A stretch of 63,975 bases of DNA, the filler included, from Circinaria calcarea (Eukaryota), in assembly GCA_051942165.1 (NCBI GenBank). It is 4 parts of 4 records of this genome, joined end to end, with 100 filler letters (N's around TTAATTAATTAA, not from the genome) between each part and the next. Parts side by side here need not be neighbours in the genome. Positions count along the whole stretch, not along the records: positions 48,240 to 63,975 come from JAVECS010000352.1; 3 more parts are not named here. The stretch is one strand, 5' to 3'. The stretch's first letter is position 1, and each line of letters opens with the position of its first letter. The notes below the pieces were generated by a model. The model was not told the DNA's origin, searched no databases, and saw only the letters and a program-made list of their open reading frames with translations. The position numbers were made by a program, and so were the translations under genes. Shown here piece after piece: positions 60,802 through 63,975 of this stretch.

Positions 60802-62954
60802 ATGGCCAGCACTCAAGGGCAAAAGCCCAACCTCGACCGTTACGTTGTCATTCACGTCGCTACGACCTGTGACGAGCATGGTGTGTACGTAACAAAGGAC
60901 TCGGCCGAAGTCATTGAGCTGGGATGGATCTTGCTGGATGCCAAGGGCTGTGACGAGGTAGGCCAGATGGCGCAGAGAGTCACGATTGAAGGGATCCCAT
61001 CGGATCAAAGTCATTAACGCTCGATTCACAGATTCACCGCGAGAGTGTCTTGGTCAAGCCCATCAATACTCCAATCACCCCACTATGTAGTAAGTGGAAC
61101 AACTCTCCGTCGCCCTCGCTACCGCTGCATCGGGTCATGACTGACATGTATTCCAGCGAGTTTGACCACCTTGACTTGGGAGCATGTCCGCAACGCCGGC
61201 ACGTTCCGCGATGCCATCAACCGCTTCGATGCCTTTGCTCAAGAGCACCTGCTGCCTAATAACCTGGAATTCTCCTTCGTGACGCTTGACTCGTGGGATC
61301 TTCGAGTTCAGCTTCCTCGTGAGGCCCGTGACAAAGCCGTAGTGCTCCCGCCGTACCTCCAGCACTCTCGCACGTTCGATCTGCGCACAGAGTACCAGCG
61401 CTGGCAACAACACCACCCGGAATCTCTTCCTTTCGGCCCTAGCTCGTTGGCGAATATCTGTGCAGCCCTTGAGGTAGAGCCAGTTCAGTCGTCCGCGCCT
61501 ATCAAGCACAATCTCCCCTTCCACCTTCAAGCTTTAGCACCAGCTTCCCCACGACGGGCTATGGAAGAGGCCGTTACGCTGGCTAGGGTACTACGTGGTC
61601 TTATACGAAAGTCTCAACCGGCTCATGAACACCCTGACGTTCTGACCCGACCCATGGACGCCAGAGCAGATGTTCGCGCTTTCTTATCAGAACGAAGCAA
61701 GGTCTTGCACATGAGCGGTCTCCCACACGATACAACGCAATCCGAGCTTGAGAGTTGGTTCACTCAATTCGGCGGTCGACCTATTGCTTTCTGGACGCTT
61801 CGAACCCCAGACCAACACAAGCCTACTGGGTCCGGATTTGCCGTATTTTCTTCACACGAGGAGGTTAGTCGGAGATTTTATATTCGGTTACTTGGAGTTC
61901 ATGTTCCACAACATTCATCTTTGCTTCTTGCCCCATGTCTCAGAATCAAGTTTGCATTCACTTCACAACCCATGGCTACCTAGGCTAACTGTTTGCTTTT
62001 CAGGCAGCCGAGAGCCTCTGCATGAATGGCCGCGCACTGAACGAAAAGGCCATTGAAGTCTCACCATCCTCAAGTCGAGTCCTCGACCGTGCAGCTGAGA
62101 TCCTTACCCCCTTTCCCCCGAGTAAGAATCGTCCTAGACCAGGTGACTGGACATGTCCTTCATGTGGCTTCTCTAACTTTCAGCGTCGTACCGCTTGCTT
62201 CCGTTGCTCGTACCCTGCTGTTTCCGCAGCTCCCGGCGGTGATCCTATGGGTTACTCGGGCTATGGCTATGGTGCTCCCCACATGATGGGCCCTCCTCAT
62301 CATCACATGGGCCATCACGGTGGCCATGGTATGGGACACTCTCGAGGCATGGGTGGTGGAGGTGGCATGGTACCGTTCCGAGCGGGGGACTGGAAGTGTG
62401 GCTCTGAAGGTTGTGGATACCACAACTTTGCGAAAAATGTCAGCTGTCTTCGTTGCGGTGCTAGTCGTGCTGGAGCTGCAGTCGTTGCGGACTCTGCATT
62501 CTCCTCACCAATGGAACCACCATCTGGATACGGTATGGGTCCTGCTTCGATGGCCGGGACTCCCGGACCAGGTCCATTTGCTGCTGCAGCCGGCGGATAT
62601 GGATCGGGCGCATTCGGTAGTCCACAATACGGTGGCCCTCCTAGCACTTATGCTCTCCCTGCTGGACTTGGGGCTCCTACTGGAGCGTACCCGCCTCTTA
62701 ATGCCGGATACGGCCAATCCTCCATTGGACAATCTGGGGGACCGTTTGACAGCCGTGCGGCTGAAGCTGCCTTTACCTCCGCCGGAAATGGTGCTTCCGC
62801 TGGGGCTTCCAACGGTACATCCTATGGCAATACGTACGGCGGTATGGATGGCGGACCTGACCCCTTCGCCTTCCTCTCCAGTGGGTTGGGAAGCCTTTCG
62901 ATGAGCGACGACGCTCGTAGAAACGGTCCCAACTCGAACAAATCTCCTGCTTAA
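60802..62954 (+). CDS. NRP1: NRP1/Arp-like RNA-binding protein (degenerate DEDD exonuclease-like domain + RRM + two RanBP2 zinc fingers), 3 introns
   Basis: RYVVIHVATTCDEHG...AEVIELGW; LHMSGLPHDTTQSELESWFTQFGGRPIAFWT...GSGFAVF (RRM); RPGDWTCPSCGFSNFQRRTACFRC and RAGDWKCGSEGCGYHNFAKNVSCLRC. Confidence 0.88.
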
Positions 62955-63888
62955 GGTTCTGCAGATGTCTTTCCTTGTTTGGCTGCATGCATGAGTTTGT
63001 GGTATTTAGGCTGTACATTGCGGGAAGACGGTTGGTGGTTCTTACTCTTGAAGATGCGATGGAGTTTTCGTCAAATGTTCCCAAGTTGCGGTCGATATCT
63101 TGATGCGGATGCGTTTGTGTTCAGGATAGGGATTGGGTGATAGATCTCCACTTCTTCAGCATAGCGGGATGGTAAGCCACGGCGGTGTTGGAGGGGGATT
63201 ACTGAGTCTTCAACGACGGAAGAAAAAAGCACGGTGGGTTTTAGATCGGAGGAGAAAGGGATGCCGGCCGCCTGTACTTGTGGTTCGATTTCAACGGGTT
63301 ATTTTTGTTTCCTCACCCCCACGTGTTTTCCTGTTTCGATGTGCATGGTGAGTTTAATGGTTGTGGGGGATTGAGATGCCTATGGGCAATGTAGAAGGTC
63401 TGATTGGGAAAAGTGTCATAAATGCGTGCCTGTATTGTGTTTGAAAATTAGACGGATCTTTGCTTGGCTGGGTTCCTTGGATTGGCTACGGATAATTGTC
63501 GTTCGAGCGTAACAAGAGCCTGATTCTTTGGGAGGGGGGACTGGCTTATCTACCAAACCCGACACGTGGCTTCATTTGGCTAGCTGGATGATGGACACTT
63601 TGGGGGGCGTAGGTAAAAGCAGCGGCAGCAGTATTGGGCGAGCTTCTTTTGTGTGTATCTTAAACTTGCAGCAGAAAGTCGATTCGAATTGCAATTCAAT
63701 ACTTGTACTTGTCAGATGGAAAGATTCGAGAATTTGGCCTTTTTCTTCATGCAGTTTCTGACGTATTGATAATATATACGGTTGTAAACCATCTCCTTGG
63801 TTGGCCCTTTTTTCCTTTGATTCTACCTCTCCTATCCCTTCGTCCCCAAAATATTTTTTCTCTCATGCAAAAAATTCAACTGTCCCAC

Positions 63889-63968
63889 CCTCCTTTCCTC
63901 CTTTCCTCCTTTCCTCCTTTCCTCCTTTCCTCCTTTCCTCCTTTCCTCCTTTCCTCCTTTCCTCCTTT
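63889..63968. repeat. Polypyrimidine tandem repeat (CCTCCTTT)10
   Basis: Read directly at the window end. Confidence 0.95.
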
Positions 63969-63975
63969 TCTGCCT

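Overview
Intron-containing genomic DNA from a filamentous ascomycete (Pezizomycotina-type genes; GT-AG introns with CTRAY branch sites). Four contigs are joined by three artificial 100-nt spacers (N44-TTAATTAATTAA-N44), so adjacency across them is not guaranteed. Contig 1 (1-15996) is a dense housekeeping block: UTP13, a 94-aa orphan, SPP2, EAF1/VID21, MAK11 and eIF2-gamma. Contig 2 (16097-32084) holds the 3' part of SPT7, an MFS sugar porter, and a divergently transcribed pair. One partner is a secreted heme-thiolate peroxidase/UPO-family gene that appears to have lost the canonical EHD motif and the catalytic Glu. The other is a fatty-acid dioxygenase-P450 fusion (Ppo/LDS family) with an atypical P450 half. 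A MITE-like element lies between them. Contig 3 (32185-48139) holds a GT90 glycosyltransferase, PEX13, an 11-intron RecQ helicase with two inactivating lesions, a TOS1/PGA52-like gene, ATG6 and an Scm3+Myb gene cut by the gap. Contig 4 (48240-63975) holds a decayed (homeobox-)C2H2 transcription-factor pseudogene, a BRCT-less ATP-dependent DNA ligase, an FAD monooxygenase, a GNAT acetyltransferase and an NRP1-like RNA-binding protein. I recognised no tRNA, rRNA or CRISPR. The best candidate for new biology is the non-canonical heme-thiolate protein and its possible oxylipin partnership with the neighbouring dioxygenase-P450; that link is inference only. All calls come from manual motif recognition; no searches were run.
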